A stretch of DNA of 64,000 nucleotides, from assembly GCA_020348445.1 (NCBI GenBank), contig CP070751.1, positions 516,594 to 580,593 on the forward strand. The letters are read 5' to 3'. Position numbers and translations under genes: made by a program. Origin of the DNA: Thermoplasmata archaeon (GTDB lineage Archaea > Thermoplasmatota > Thermoplasmata > GCA-020350865). The notes below the pieces were generated by a model. The model searched no databases. It was not told the origin of the DNA and worked only from the letters and a program-made list of their open reading frames with translations. Shown one piece after another: positions 26,335 to 35,402 of this stretch (positions are counted from its first letter, which is position 1; each line of letters starts with the position of its first letter).

Positions 26335-26777
26335 TATTAATGGAATCTCGTGAAAACACCGAATTTGTCCCCTCCCCTGAAGAAATCAAGGACATCCTAT
26401 CGAAGTCGAAGGTGATAGCAGTTGTAGGGCTCTCCAATGACAGGATGAGGCCAAGCAATAGGATCGGAAAATTCCTCAAGGTCAAAGGTTATAAGGTCAT
26501 TCCCGTCAATCCAAATTACGATTCTGTATTGGATTTGAAGTCGTATCCAACCCTGCTTGATGTTCCAGAAGAAATTGATATTGTAGATATTTTTAGAAAA
26601 CCAGAAGCCGTTGGCGATGTGGTTTCCGATGCCATTAAAAAGGGCGTTAAGGTGGTGTGGATGCAGGAGGGCATAATAAATATTGATGCCGCGCAGAAGG
26701 CAAAAGAAGCGGGAATTACAGTGGTAATGGACAGATGCATCTACAAGGAATATGATATACATTTTATGCGTCATTAA
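26331..26777 (+). CDS. CoA-binding protein (YccU family)
   Basis: IAVVGLS...RPS, GYKVIPVNP, DIVDIFRKPE, VVWMQEG and VVMDRCI motifs. Confidence 0.92.
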   Translation: MILMESRENTEFVPSPEEIKDILSKSKVIAVVGLSNDRMRPSNRIGKFLKVKGYKVIPVNPNYDSVLDLKSYPTLLDVPEEIDIVDIFRKPEAVGDVVSDAIKKGVKVVWMQEGIINIDAAQKAKEAGITVVMDRCIYKEYDIHFMRH

Positions 26778-27009
26778 TTCATCATGATTGCTTGATGGTT
26801 CAATTTCTAATGATTTTGTAGGTGGGTATGGAGGTGGGGGTAGGTGGGTGGGTAAATATAATTTTCCTAATACTAAATGATCAAATCCACCGATAATTTC
26901 TATCATATTCGGCACTCCTGACACCTTATTCAGTGACAGCTCAATCTTTATATAGAGTTAACCCTATTGCGGTTATGTTAATACCGTGCAAAACCGCGGA
27001 GGTGTAAAA

Positions 27010-27420
27010 ATGGATGAACTCGAAGAGATAAGAGCAAAAAAAATACAGTCATATTGGAATGACATGCAACCACCTGCTGTAACACTTGAAAGGAAGATGC
27101 CGAATGTACCAATAGAATTAACCGACGAGAACTTTGCTGAAATAATTCAGGAATTCGACTTCATTATCGTGGATTGTTGGGCGCCATGGTGCGGACCCTG
27201 CAAGATGCTTTCTCCTGTAATAGATGAGCTTGCAGGTGACTATGAAGGTAAGTCGGTCTTTGGCAAGCTTAACACAGATATGAACAGACAGGTTGCCACT
27301 GAGTTCGGTATCATGAGCATCCCAACACTTCTATTTATTAAGAACGGAAGATTGGTTGATACCATCATAGGAGCAGTTCCAAAAGAGGTTATAGTATCAA
27401 AAATGAAAAGGTTTCTCTGA
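27010..27420 (+). CDS. trxA: Thioredoxin
   Basis: WAPWCGPCKM active site and cis-Pro loop SIPTLL; ATG 27010 with a GGAGGTG RBS. Confidence 0.95.
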   Translation: MDELEEIRAKKIQSYWNDMQPPAVTLERKMPNVPIELTDENFAEIIQEFDFIIVDCWAPWCGPCKMLSPVIDELAGDYEGKSVFGKLNTDMNRQVATEFGIMSIPTLLFIKNGRLVDTIIGAVPKEVIVSKMKRFL

Positions 27421-27446
27421 TGATGCATAAAAAGGGGTTTTGATAA

Positions 27447-27632
27447 ATGCGTGCAATTGTGGATGAAAGTCGATGTTCCGGATGCGAAGCCTGTGTGGGC
27501 CTTTGCCCCACCGATGCAATATCCATTAAGGAGGGAGTTGCCAAGATCATGGGGCCATTTTGCAAGGGATGCGGATTTTGTATCGAGGATTGTGGGGAGG
27601 AAGCAATTAGAGTCCTTGAAGATGTGTTTTGA
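27447..27632 (+). CDS. 2x[4Fe-4S] ferredoxin
   Basis: CSGCEACVGLCP and CKGCGFCIEDC motifs. Confidence 0.9.
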   Translation: MRAIVDESRCSGCEACVGLCPTDAISIKEGVAKIMGPFCKGCGFCIEDCGEEAIRVLEDVF

Positions 27633-27689
27633 CTCCGTACATTGCCATAAAAAACCTTTAAATAAGAAAAGCTTCATGCAACACCCCCT

Positions 27690-29714
27690 ATGAGCATTCT
27701 CGTTGTGTGTGAAAAACAAAACGCTGCAAAACGTATCGCAGTTATACTTTCCAATGGAAAAGCTAGGGAGACATATATCCACAAAGTGCCTGTCTATTTT
27801 TTTGAAAGAAAAGGGACGAATTACGCTGTAATCGGTCTTCGTGGCCATATCCTGGAATTGGACTACCCTGAGCAGTATCTGGGATGGCATAGGATAAAAC
27901 CAAGGGAACTAACACATATTGCCCCTGAGAAGAGGGTGTCCAAGGGTGCAAGGAACATAGTTTCTGCCCTAAAGGACCTTGCAAGGGAAAATGAGGGAGT
28001 AATCATTGCCACAGATTATGACAGGGAAGGTGAGTTAATTGGTGTAGAGGGCCTGGACATAGTAAAGGATATAAATCCAAGATTGGAGGTGAAAAGAGCG
28101 AGGTTCAGCGCCCTGACAAAGGATGAGGTAGAAGGTGCTTTTCAGAATTTGGTTGATGTTGATTACAACCTTTCAGCATCGGCAGAGTCAAGGCAGGTCG
28201 TGGATCTGGCATGGGGAGCTTCCCTTACAAGATTCATATCAATTGCATCCAATCAAAGTGGTAAGGATTTTCTATCAGTTGGAAGGGTTCAGAGCCCAAC
28301 ATTGGCATTGCTTGTAGATAGGGAGAAGGAAATCGAAAGTTTCGAGCCTGAACCTTACTGGGAAATCGAGGCGAAATTGGAGAAGAAGAATAAGTTCACT
28401 GCAAAACACATAAACGGGAGGTTCAAGGACAAGAATGAGGCCAAGAAGGTACAAAAGAGGGCAGAAGGTTCAGAGAATGGTATCGTCGCAAAAGTCATAA
28501 AAAAAGAAAAAAAGGACAAACCTCCTGCGCCGTATAACACCACCGCATTTCTCAGGGATGCCACAAGGCAGGGATTCACGGCAGCAAGGGCCATGGCTGT
28601 TGCAGAGGATCTTTATACCAATGGATTCATAAGCTACCCCAGAACAGACAACACCGTATATCCAAAGTCACTTAATTTGAGAAATCTTTTGGAAAAAATG
28701 AAGAATTCCGAGTTTTCCTCGGAGGCTTCCGAGCTTCTAGCAATACCCCGACTTATCCCCACAAGGGGAAAAACACTCGCAACGGACCACCCCCCGATTC
28801 ACCCCACAGGTGCAGCCAAGAAGAAGGACTTAAACAGGAATCAATGGAAGGTTTACGAACTTGTTGCAAGAAGGTTTTTTGCCACATTGGCAAAACCTGC
28901 CGTCCAAGAGGTTACGAATGTAGAAATCGATCTTAGCAAAGAGATTTTCACAACCAACGGACTCAGATTTATCGACCTCGGTTGGAGAAAGTATTTTCCT
29001 TATTACACCCCCAAGGAGAAAATTCTGCCCAAAATGATAGAAGGGGATATGGTGAAAGTTCTAGGGGTGGAGATGATCGAGGATCAAACCAAGCCTCCAA
29101 ACAGGTATGGACAGGGAGCCCTTATCGCCGAAATGGAGAGACTCGGCCTTGGAACCAAAAGCACCCGCCATGAGATAATCCAAAAGCTCTACGGAAGAGG
29201 CTACGTAAAAGATTCCCCGCCAAAACCCACACCCTCTGGCATAGCTGTAATAGAGGCATTAGAGGAGCATGCCAGGACCATCACCAGGGCCAGGATGACA
29301 AGTACCCTTGAAAATGACATGGCAGAGGTTGCTGAGGGAAAGAAGGATTTTGTAGATGTTGTGAATGAATCACAGGAGATGCTGGACAAGGTCTTCATAA
29401 TACTTGAGGAAAACAAGGAGAATATAGGAAGCTCCATAAAAGAGGCCTTGAAGAAGCAGAGGATCGTCGGGGAGTGTCAGCGGTGTGGTGGAGAACTTTT
29501 GATAACCCGCTCGCGGCGGGGCAAGAGATTTGTTGGCTGCTCGAATTTCCCGAAATGCAGAAACTCTTACGCCTTACCTCAAAGGGGAAAGCTCGATTTT
29601 GCAGATTTCACTTGCGAGAAGTGCGGGGCACCCATGATAAAGTTCGGAAGAGGCAGGGGAAGGAAAAAGGACGTATGCATAAACATGAAGTGCGAGGCAA
29701 GTAAGGTCTCTTAG
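27690..29714 (+). CDS. topA: DNA topoisomerase I (type IA, archaeal) with C-terminal zinc ribbons
   Basis: VCEK, IATDYDREGE, GRVQSPTL, catalytic ISYPRTD and GLGTKSTR motifs; C4 fingers; no intein. Confidence 0.96.
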   Translation: MSILVVCEKQNAAKRIAVILSNGKARETYIHKVPVYFFERKGTNYAVIGLRGHILELDYPEQYLGWHRIKPRELTHIAPEKRVSKGARNIVSALKDLARENEGVIIATDYDREGELIGVEGLDIVKDINPRLEVKRARFSALTKDEVEGAFQNLVDVDYNLSASAESRQVVDLAWGASLTRFISIASNQSGKDFLSVGRVQSPTLALLVDREKEIESFEPEPYWEIEAKLEKKNKFTAKHINGRFKDKNEAKKVQKRAEGSENGIVAKVIKKEKKDKPPAPYNTTAFLRDATRQGFTAARAMAVAEDLYTNGFISYPRTDNTVYPKSLNLRNLLEKMKNSEFSSEASELLAIPRLIPTRGKTLATDHPPIHPTGAAKKKDLNRNQWKVYELVARRFFATLAKPAVQEVTNVEIDLSKEIFTTNGLRFIDLGWRKYFPYYTPKEKILPKMIEGDMVKVLGVEMIEDQTKPPNRYGQGALIAEMERLGLGTKSTRHEIIQKLYGRGYVKDSPPKPTPSGIAVIEALEEHARTITRARMTSTLENDMAEVAEGKKDFVDVVNESQEMLDKVFIILEENKENIGSSIKEALKKQRIVGECQRCGGELLITRSRRGKRFVGCSNFPKCRNSYALPQRGKLDFADFTCEKCGAPMIKFGRGRGRKKDVCINMKCEASKVS

Positions 29715-29794
29715 ATATGACAGGATCCTTTTATTCAACAATTCCATTATTTAACAAGATTGTTATGTAAAATACGATATGTACCAACGGATAT

Positions 29795-30517
29795 TCACCT
29801 CTCCCTCATATCTTCTATCAACTTAACAAGTTCATTTATTATAAAATCGTTGATTTCATTTCCTTTTTCTTTTGAAGCATCCCTTGGATCACCCATAACA
29901 CCCGAAGGAAAATATTTTTCTGGATCTGGTAGAACCATGAACTTTGGGGGTCTATCTTTACCTGCTGTGCCTTTTCCTTTTACCAAGTCCCCCCTTATAG
30001 CCATTACCCTTGAGGTTTCTATTAAACCTGAATGACTGTCGTCATTTGGTATGCTCTCATCAGAATCTAGCAGATCATACGCGATATCGTAGTCCGAGAG
30101 AACCATGATATTGACCTTGTTCTCCCGAACCACCTTCTCTGCAGCCAAACGCAGAGCTGCCATGTGCACCCTGCCAGCGTGACCCGAAAGCACCACTATG
30201 TTTTTAATGCCGTTTCGTAAGAACTCGGAGAGAATATCGTAAACTAGAGAGCGTAGGGTATCAAAGGAGATTGTTATGGTTCCCGCTAGGTTCCTTGTGG
30301 AGGAACAAAATCCGTACCTTATGGGAGGGGCTATTAGGGCTTTTGTCTGCTGGGCAACCTTTTCTGCCACATATTCCGGCTGAATGGAATCCGTACATAA
30401 AGGTAAATGAGAGCCGTGCCCCTCTATTGCACCGATGGGTAAAATAACCACTGTATTCTCGTTTACATTTTCCTTGAATTCCTTCATAGAGAGCTCGTCG
30501 AGGTACATGAACATCAC
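29795..30517 (-). CDS. Creatininase / creatinine amidohydrolase family protein
   Basis: PIGAIEGHGSHLPLCTD, SGHAG and SHSGLIETS metal-binding motifs. Confidence 0.9.
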   Translation of the reverse strand: MMFMYLDELSMKEFKENVNENTVVILPIGAIEGHGSHLPLCTDSIQPEYVAEKVAQQTKALIAPPIRYGFCSSTRNLAGTITISFDTLRSLVYDILSEFLRNGIKNIVVLSGHAGRVHMAALRLAAEKVVRENKVNIMVLSDYDIAYDLLDSDESIPNDDSHSGLIETSRVMAIRGDLVKGKGTAGKDRPPKFMVLPDPEKYFPSGVMGDPRDASKEKGNEINDFIINELVKLIEDMRER

Positions 30518-30632
30518 GGGTACGGCATTAAAATGAAATATGAAAAAGGTTTTGATTGGAACTTAGGCAGAAACGAAACAAACCACCACAACGTTTTTTA
30601 AGCAAGCTCGCGTTTATAGAAATGGTGAGTTT

Positions 30633-31157
30633 ATGCGAAGGAGCCTGGCATTATATACGATTATAACTACATTCTGTGTCTTTGCAGGGATTGCCAGTGC
30701 AGGGGAACCGGATGTATCTGCAAATAATGTAATTGGTATTGAGCCAGAAGAGGAATTCGACTTGGTGATATTTGTTGAGAGTCATGCCGATGATTCGAAC
30801 TACACCGTGATAGTCACATTGCACAGGAGGTTCGAGTTCGTTGAGAATAAAAGTGACATGATCATCTCAGGCGATGAAGCCTCGATAACTCTTGAGGGGG
30901 ATGATAAAGATGAATTGAGGTTCGAATTTCCCATGATGGCCGAAGAGGATACTCCTGAAGGTAGTTATCACATAGACTATGAAGCATATTGGAATGGATC
31001 AGAGACTGACTTCGAAAATAAGCTCATTAAAATGGACTCGGTTCGTGTTTCTGTGGGAGAGGGAGGAAGAAGTTCCTGTTCCACCACAGATTTTTTAATA
31101 CTACCTGTCCTGGCAATAGGACTTGTATTCTGTATAGTCAAAAAGGAGAAAAGGTGA
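30633..31157 (+). CDS. Secreted protein with a C-terminal Cys + TM + basic tail (sorting-signal-like)
   Basis: Signal peptide ending ASA; acidic Ig-like middle; GGRSSCSTT-DFLILPVLAIGLVFCIV-KKEKR. Confidence 0.65.
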   Translation: MRRSLALYTIITTFCVFAGIASAGEPDVSANNVIGIEPEEEFDLVIFVESHADDSNYTVIVTLHRRFEFVENKSDMIISGDEASITLEGDDKDELRFEFPMMAEEDTPEGSYHIDYEAYWNGSETDFENKLIKMDSVRVSVGEGGRSSCSTTDFLILPVLAIGLVFCIVKKEKR

Positions 31158-31162
31158 TTATC

Positions 31163-31432
31163 ATGGAGCCAAGGGTATTTTCAAGCGGAAAAATGCGATC
31201 TGCAAGGGGATTTTCAACCCTGGAACTTAAGAAAGCAAGAATCGATGTCAGGATTGCTAAGAGATTGGGATTGAGGGTGGATTTTAGAAGAAAAACAGCC
31301 TACGATGAGAACATCAAGCTCATAAAAGAAAAGCTCGAGGATGAGAAAAAGAAGAGAGAAATAAAGAAGAAAACGAAGAAAGGGAAGGTTGAAAAGGCCA
31401 AGAAAGTACCCAAATCTAAAAAAGAGGATTAA
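31163..31432 (+). CDS. rpl13e: Ribosomal protein eL13 (L13e) with a Lys-rich tail
   Basis: RGFSTLELKKA...AKRLGLRVDFRRKTAYDENI matches the L13e core RGFSxxEL...DxRRK...EN; AGGTGA RBS before ATG 31163. Confidence 0.88.
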   Translation: MEPRVFSSGKMRSARGFSTLELKKARIDVRIAKRLGLRVDFRRKTAYDENIKLIKEKLEDEKKKREIKKKTKKGKVEKAKKVPKSKKED

Positions 31433-31446
31433 TTAGAATAAAAATG

Positions 31447-32535
31447 TCAAGGTCTAACACGTTTTAATCTCACATACTCGGATTTTACTTTGTCCACTCT
31501 TCCCAAAAGCAGCTCCTTTTTTACTCCGTGAGCCAGTCGAACTGCCCTGGAAATCTCAGGCCATGTACTGTGGTAGGTTTTGGAAACTGCATGTACCAAA
31601 TATAGGGCGTGCTCCTTGTCTGGATCCCCTTTGTAGACCCTAAAGTGCGTACCGTACTTGAATCCAGTTTTAACGATGAGGCCCCTGCTCTTCAGATCCT
31701 TGTACACCTTCAGCCTGACACCGAAATCAGGCTGGATTTTCTTTGCTTTTCTCGTGAATTGATTAAAGTTGATTCTCCTGCCCGATTTTGCGTCCCTCAC
31801 CAAAAGGGCATCCATTTCTAGTAGGTACGCTGTTTCTAATAGAGAAAGCTGCAATCCCTCTCCAATGAACTTTCCAAAGAATTCGGCATCATGTAGGATA
31901 TCTGCCTCTTCTGAATCTGAAATCATGACCCTGTCCCCAAAAAAAAGAGCCTCGCACTGGATCTCAAACTCCTTTGTTTTTATGCGGCCCTTGGGTCGAA
32001 TTAGCTTTGCCTGGTAATAGGTTAGATCACCCTCCTCGTCAACGATACCGATAAGTAGTTTCTTTCTGGCCTTAAGGACACTTCTGATGTGGTGAACCAT
32101 TCCCTCCATGTCAAATACGCCGCGCTCGCTTGCCGCATACACCCAGAATTTTGACGGATTTTTCGAGGGTTTTCCACCCCTTGGAAATACACGAAAATGC
32201 ATTGGTGAAATGTCGGGTTTGACAACGTATCCCCTCATCCTCAAATCCCTGTAGACTATGTACTTTATTTCAAAATCAGGATAGAGCTTGTTTGCATAGC
32301 GAAAGAGCCTTACGTAGTTCACCCTCCTTCTATTACGTTTAATATCCAATCTCCCTGATTCAAAAAGATATACGGCTTCTATTAAACCCAGCTTTAGTCC
32401 TCCACCTGAAAGAGGTGTGCCGTAATACCCTTTATTGTAGATCTGGCTGGCCTCCTTTTCGTCTTTTACCTCAACGAAGTCCTCGATCAACTCACCAGGC
32501 AAATTTCCAACCTCTCTATCATCTATAAATTGCAT
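31447..32535 (-). CDS. endA: tRNA-intron endonuclease, two-unit (alpha2 homodimer) type
   Basis: Duplicated YxDLxxRG-x-VK units; catalytic Tyr/His/Lys (GFKYG, EHA, GVKK) only in the C-terminal unit. Confidence 0.93.
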   Translation of the reverse strand: MQFIDDREVGNLPGELIEDFVEVKDEKEASQIYNKGYYGTPLSGGGLKLGLIEAVYLFESGRLDIKRNRRRVNYVRLFRYANKLYPDFEIKYIVYRDLRMRGYVVKPDISPMHFRVFPRGGKPSKNPSKFWVYAASERGVFDMEGMVHHIRSVLKARKKLLIGIVDEEGDLTYYQAKLIRPKGRIKTKEFEIQCEALFFGDRVMISDSEEADILHDAEFFGKFIGEGLQLSLLETAYLLEMDALLVRDAKSGRRINFNQFTRKAKKIQPDFGVRLKVYKDLKSRGLIVKTGFKYGTHFRVYKGDPDKEHALYLVHAVSKTYHSTWPEISRAVRLAHGVKKELLLGRVDKVKSEYVRLKRVRP

Positions 32536-33358
32536 CCGTCATTTTCACTGCTCTTTTTACTTCCTTTACATTGTGTACCCTAACGATATCTGCACCATTT
32601 ATTATGCTCATGGTCACGGTTGCCAATGTACCTTCAAGCCTCTCATCAACATCCAAGCCCAACGTCGTGCCGATAAATGATTTTCTCGAGGTTCCAATTA
32701 GGATCGGGAAGTTCAATTCCCTAAGTTCTCTCAACCTCTTTATTATATCATAATTGTTCTGGAGGGTCTTTCCAAAACCAATTCCTGGATCGATAATTAT
32801 ATTTTCTCTGGGTACGCCTTGGGAAACTGCAAAAGCTGCTCTTTCTTTCAAGAATTCCTTGATATCCTCCATAACATCGTTGTATACGGGATTCTTCTGC
32901 ATGTTCTTTGGGGTGCCCTGCATATGCATGAGAACTATGGGGACTTCACATTTTGCAGCCATTTCCGCGATTTTGGGATCAAAGCGCGCAGCTGAGATAT
33001 CGTTGATAATACAGGCTCCCGCATTCAATGCAGCCTTTGCCACTTCGGATTTGCAGGTGTCGATTGAGATGGGTACATTCACCTCATCAGCTATGCCTTC
33101 TATTACAGGTATTACCCTCTTCTGCTCCTCCTCTTGGGTTACAGAATCGGAACCGGGGCGTGTGGACTCACCACCAATATCGATTATGTCAGCACCTTCT
33201 TTTACAAGTTGTTTTGCATGGGAGATAGCCAACTTGGAATCATAGAACTGGCCCCCATCTGAGAATGAATCGGGTGTGACATTCACAATACCCATAATCA
33301 GGGTTCTTTTTCCCAGTGCAAGGGAGTAATTGCCACATCTTATTATTCTAGATGACAT
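32519..33358 (-). CDS. folP: Dihydropteroate synthase
   Basis: MGIVNVTPDSFSDGG, DIGGESTRPG, ISIDT, IIDPGIGFGKT, GTSRKSF and IVRVHNV motifs. Confidence 0.96.
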   Translation of the reverse strand: MSSRIIRCGNYSLALGKRTLIMGIVNVTPDSFSDGGQFYDSKLAISHAKQLVKEGADIIDIGGESTRPGSDSVTQEEEQKRVIPVIEGIADEVNVPISIDTCKSEVAKAALNAGACIINDISAARFDPKIAEMAAKCEVPIVLMHMQGTPKNMQKNPVYNDVMEDIKEFLKERAAFAVSQGVPRENIIIDPGIGFGKTLQNNYDIIKRLRELRELNFPILIGTSRKSFIGTTLGLDVDERLEGTLATVTMSIINGADIVRVHNVKEVKRAVKMTDAIYR

Positions 33359-33477
33359 TAATATCCTCTTTTATTAGTAAAGTCGATATAGTAATTCATT
33401 ATTTTAAGCTATAGGTTGACATGCATTTAATACAAAATTTTTTTATCCCTCCAGTACAATAAAGAGTACAGAGGTAG

Positions 33478-33789
33478 ATGAAAATGTTGGCAGAGTTTAC
33501 CATTTTCCCCATAGGAAAGGATGTCAGTCTCAGCAAGTACGTGGCAAGAAGCCTTAGACTCATCGATGAAAGCGGCCTTTCATACAGAATCAATCCCATG
33601 GGCACTGTGGTCGAAGGTTCATGGGATGAGGTAATGGAGCTTGTGAAAAAATGTCATATGGCGATACTTGAAGATACTGAGAGGGTATCCACCACCATTA
33701 AAATCGACGACAGAAAAGGTGTTGTCAACGCACTTGACAGGAAGATCAAAAGCGTAGAGGAGAAGGTTGGAAAGGAACTTAAGAAGTGA
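33478..33789 (+). CDS. MTH1187 / YkoF-like thiamine-binding protein
   Basis: AEFTIFPIG...SLSKYVA, NPMGTVVEG, RVSTTIKIDDR and KIKSVEEK motifs. Confidence 0.9.
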   Translation: MKMLAEFTIFPIGKDVSLSKYVARSLRLIDESGLSYRINPMGTVVEGSWDEVMELVKKCHMAILEDTERVSTTIKIDDRKGVVNALDRKIKSVEEKVGKELKK

Positions 33790-33967
33790 AAAATGGTAAC
33801 TCAAAAACTTCTTTCAACCCCCGATACAGCCATGTATTGGGCAGAATCCTACCAAAAAAAAATCAAAAACATTATATACAGACACATATATTCTCCAATA
33901 TATAGGAATATATGGCAGGTTAAAGTAAGGTTATAACCTCAAATTTCCATGGAAAAATGGTGAATTT

Positions 33968-34696
33968 ATGGCCATCTCGGAAGAAGGGCAATCTACGCAG
34001 AAAGCAAAGAAACCAGTTTCCCCCATAATAATCTTGATAATAGCATTTATTTTCATATTATGGATGATGCTATTGTTCACTAATAAGAGTGTCTACGACG
34101 ATTATGGAATGGAGATAAGCAGGGAATGGTGGGTTTACATAGGTTCCATTGTAATGATCATCTTAATCTGCGTTCTTATGGTTGCTGGGTTTCCTTCGAG
34201 AGTTAAGCTTCAGGAAATGGTCTCTGCCCAGGCAGAAACATCATCTGCGGGGGAAGGTGCTGCGGGTGAGGCTCCAAAGGGTGTCGTGATCACAGAGATG
34301 AAAACAGTTACTGCGACGCCAGTACCAGTTGAAGCTGAGATCGCTGTGGTTGAGGCCGAACCAATCGTGGTCGAGGCGGAAATAGTGGAGGCAGAGGTGG
34401 TGGAGGAGGAGGAAAAAGAGGTAAAAAAAGACCTGAAAACCAAAAAACCCAGGCTCATTGAATACCCCAAGAAAGTACCGGGCGGTGTTTACGGTGACAC
34501 CATCATAAGGGTGGATCCAAGAACGAAGTTGAATACAAGAACACTGCTGGTCAGATCCTGCATGATATGCGATCGTCAGGGCAAATGCTGGGAAGAAGTT
34601 CAGGACACAGTCCCGGAAGATATATTCTTGGAGAACATCGAATGTAAAAAGGGTCTTCGGAAGCATAAGAGTGCGGGAGGGAGTTCCCCGGGATAA
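33968..34696 (+). CDS. Hypothetical membrane protein: two TM helices, an E/A/V-rich linker and a C-terminal Cys-cluster domain
   Basis: TM1 IIILIIAFIFILWMMLLF, TM2 WWVYIGSIVMIILICVLMVAG; CMICDRQGKC...EC; GGTGA RBS. Confidence 0.7.
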   Translation: MAISEEGQSTQKAKKPVSPIIILIIAFIFILWMMLLFTNKSVYDDYGMEISREWWVYIGSIVMIILICVLMVAGFPSRVKLQEMVSAQAETSSAGEGAAGEAPKGVVITEMKTVTATPVPVEAEIAVVEAEPIVVEAEIVEAEVVEEEEKEVKKDLKTKKPRLIEYPKKVPGGVYGDTIIRVDPRTKLNTRTLLVRSCMICDRQGKCWEEVQDTVPEDIFLENIECKKGLRKHKSAGGSSPG

Positions 34697-34866
34697 ATAT
34701 AGAAGAGGAGCGATTCTGAAGATACTTTCATGTCATTACGAATCTAACTCAGTTATTTTTTCTTTAAGGATGCAAGATACTCCAAGGCAGAAGGTATAGC
34801 ATACAACAATTTTTAAGTAGTAAAAAGAGTATGCCTTTTCCTCCCGTAAACTGCTGGAGGACAAAA

Positions 34867-35322
34867 ATGGCAAGAATTCATGCAAGAAAAAAGGGAAAAT
34901 CCTCATCCACAAGACCATATAAACCCGAACCGCCTGAATGGATCACCATGAAGCCAAAAGAAATTGAAAGAACCGTAATCAGGCTCGCTGACGAAGGGCA
35001 TTCAACCAGCGAAATAGGAATGAAACTTCGTGATCAATTTGGTGTGCCCAGCGTCAAGTTATCAACAGGAAAGAGCATCTTGAAAATTCTTGCTGAAAAT
35101 AAACGATCGCCAAAGCTTCCAGAGGATCTAAAAAACCTGATGAAAAGGGCTGTAAATATAGGTGAACACCTTTCTGAGAATCCAAAGGATATCCACAACC
35201 AAAGGGCATTGGGGTTGACGGAGGCTAAGATTCGGAGACTTATACGTTATTATAAATCTCAAGGCACACTGCCAGAGGATTGGGAATATAACCTCAAGAC
35301 GGCAAAACTTTTGGTAGAATGA
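34867..35322 (+). CDS. rps15: 30S ribosomal protein uS15 (archaeal S15/S13e)
   Basis: MARIHARKKGKSSS, IGMKLRDQFG, PEDLKNL, HLSENPKD and KIRRLIRYYK motifs. Confidence 0.97.
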   Translation: MARIHARKKGKSSSTRPYKPEPPEWITMKPKEIERTVIRLADEGHSTSEIGMKLRDQFGVPSVKLSTGKSILKILAENKRSPKLPEDLKNLMKRAVNIGEHLSENPKDIHNQRALGLTEAKIRRLIRYYKSQGTLPEDWEYNLKTAKLLVE

Positions 35323-35402
35323 TTTGCATTTACACTTCTTATCCAAAATAGGGTATTCTCCAAATTTGGAGTATCTCATGAATAGAGCGGAGGAAAATAA
35401 AG

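Noticed and set aside
33886-33913. ATATATTC...GAATATAT inverted repeat
   Set aside because: Low-complexity AT sequence; likely chance.
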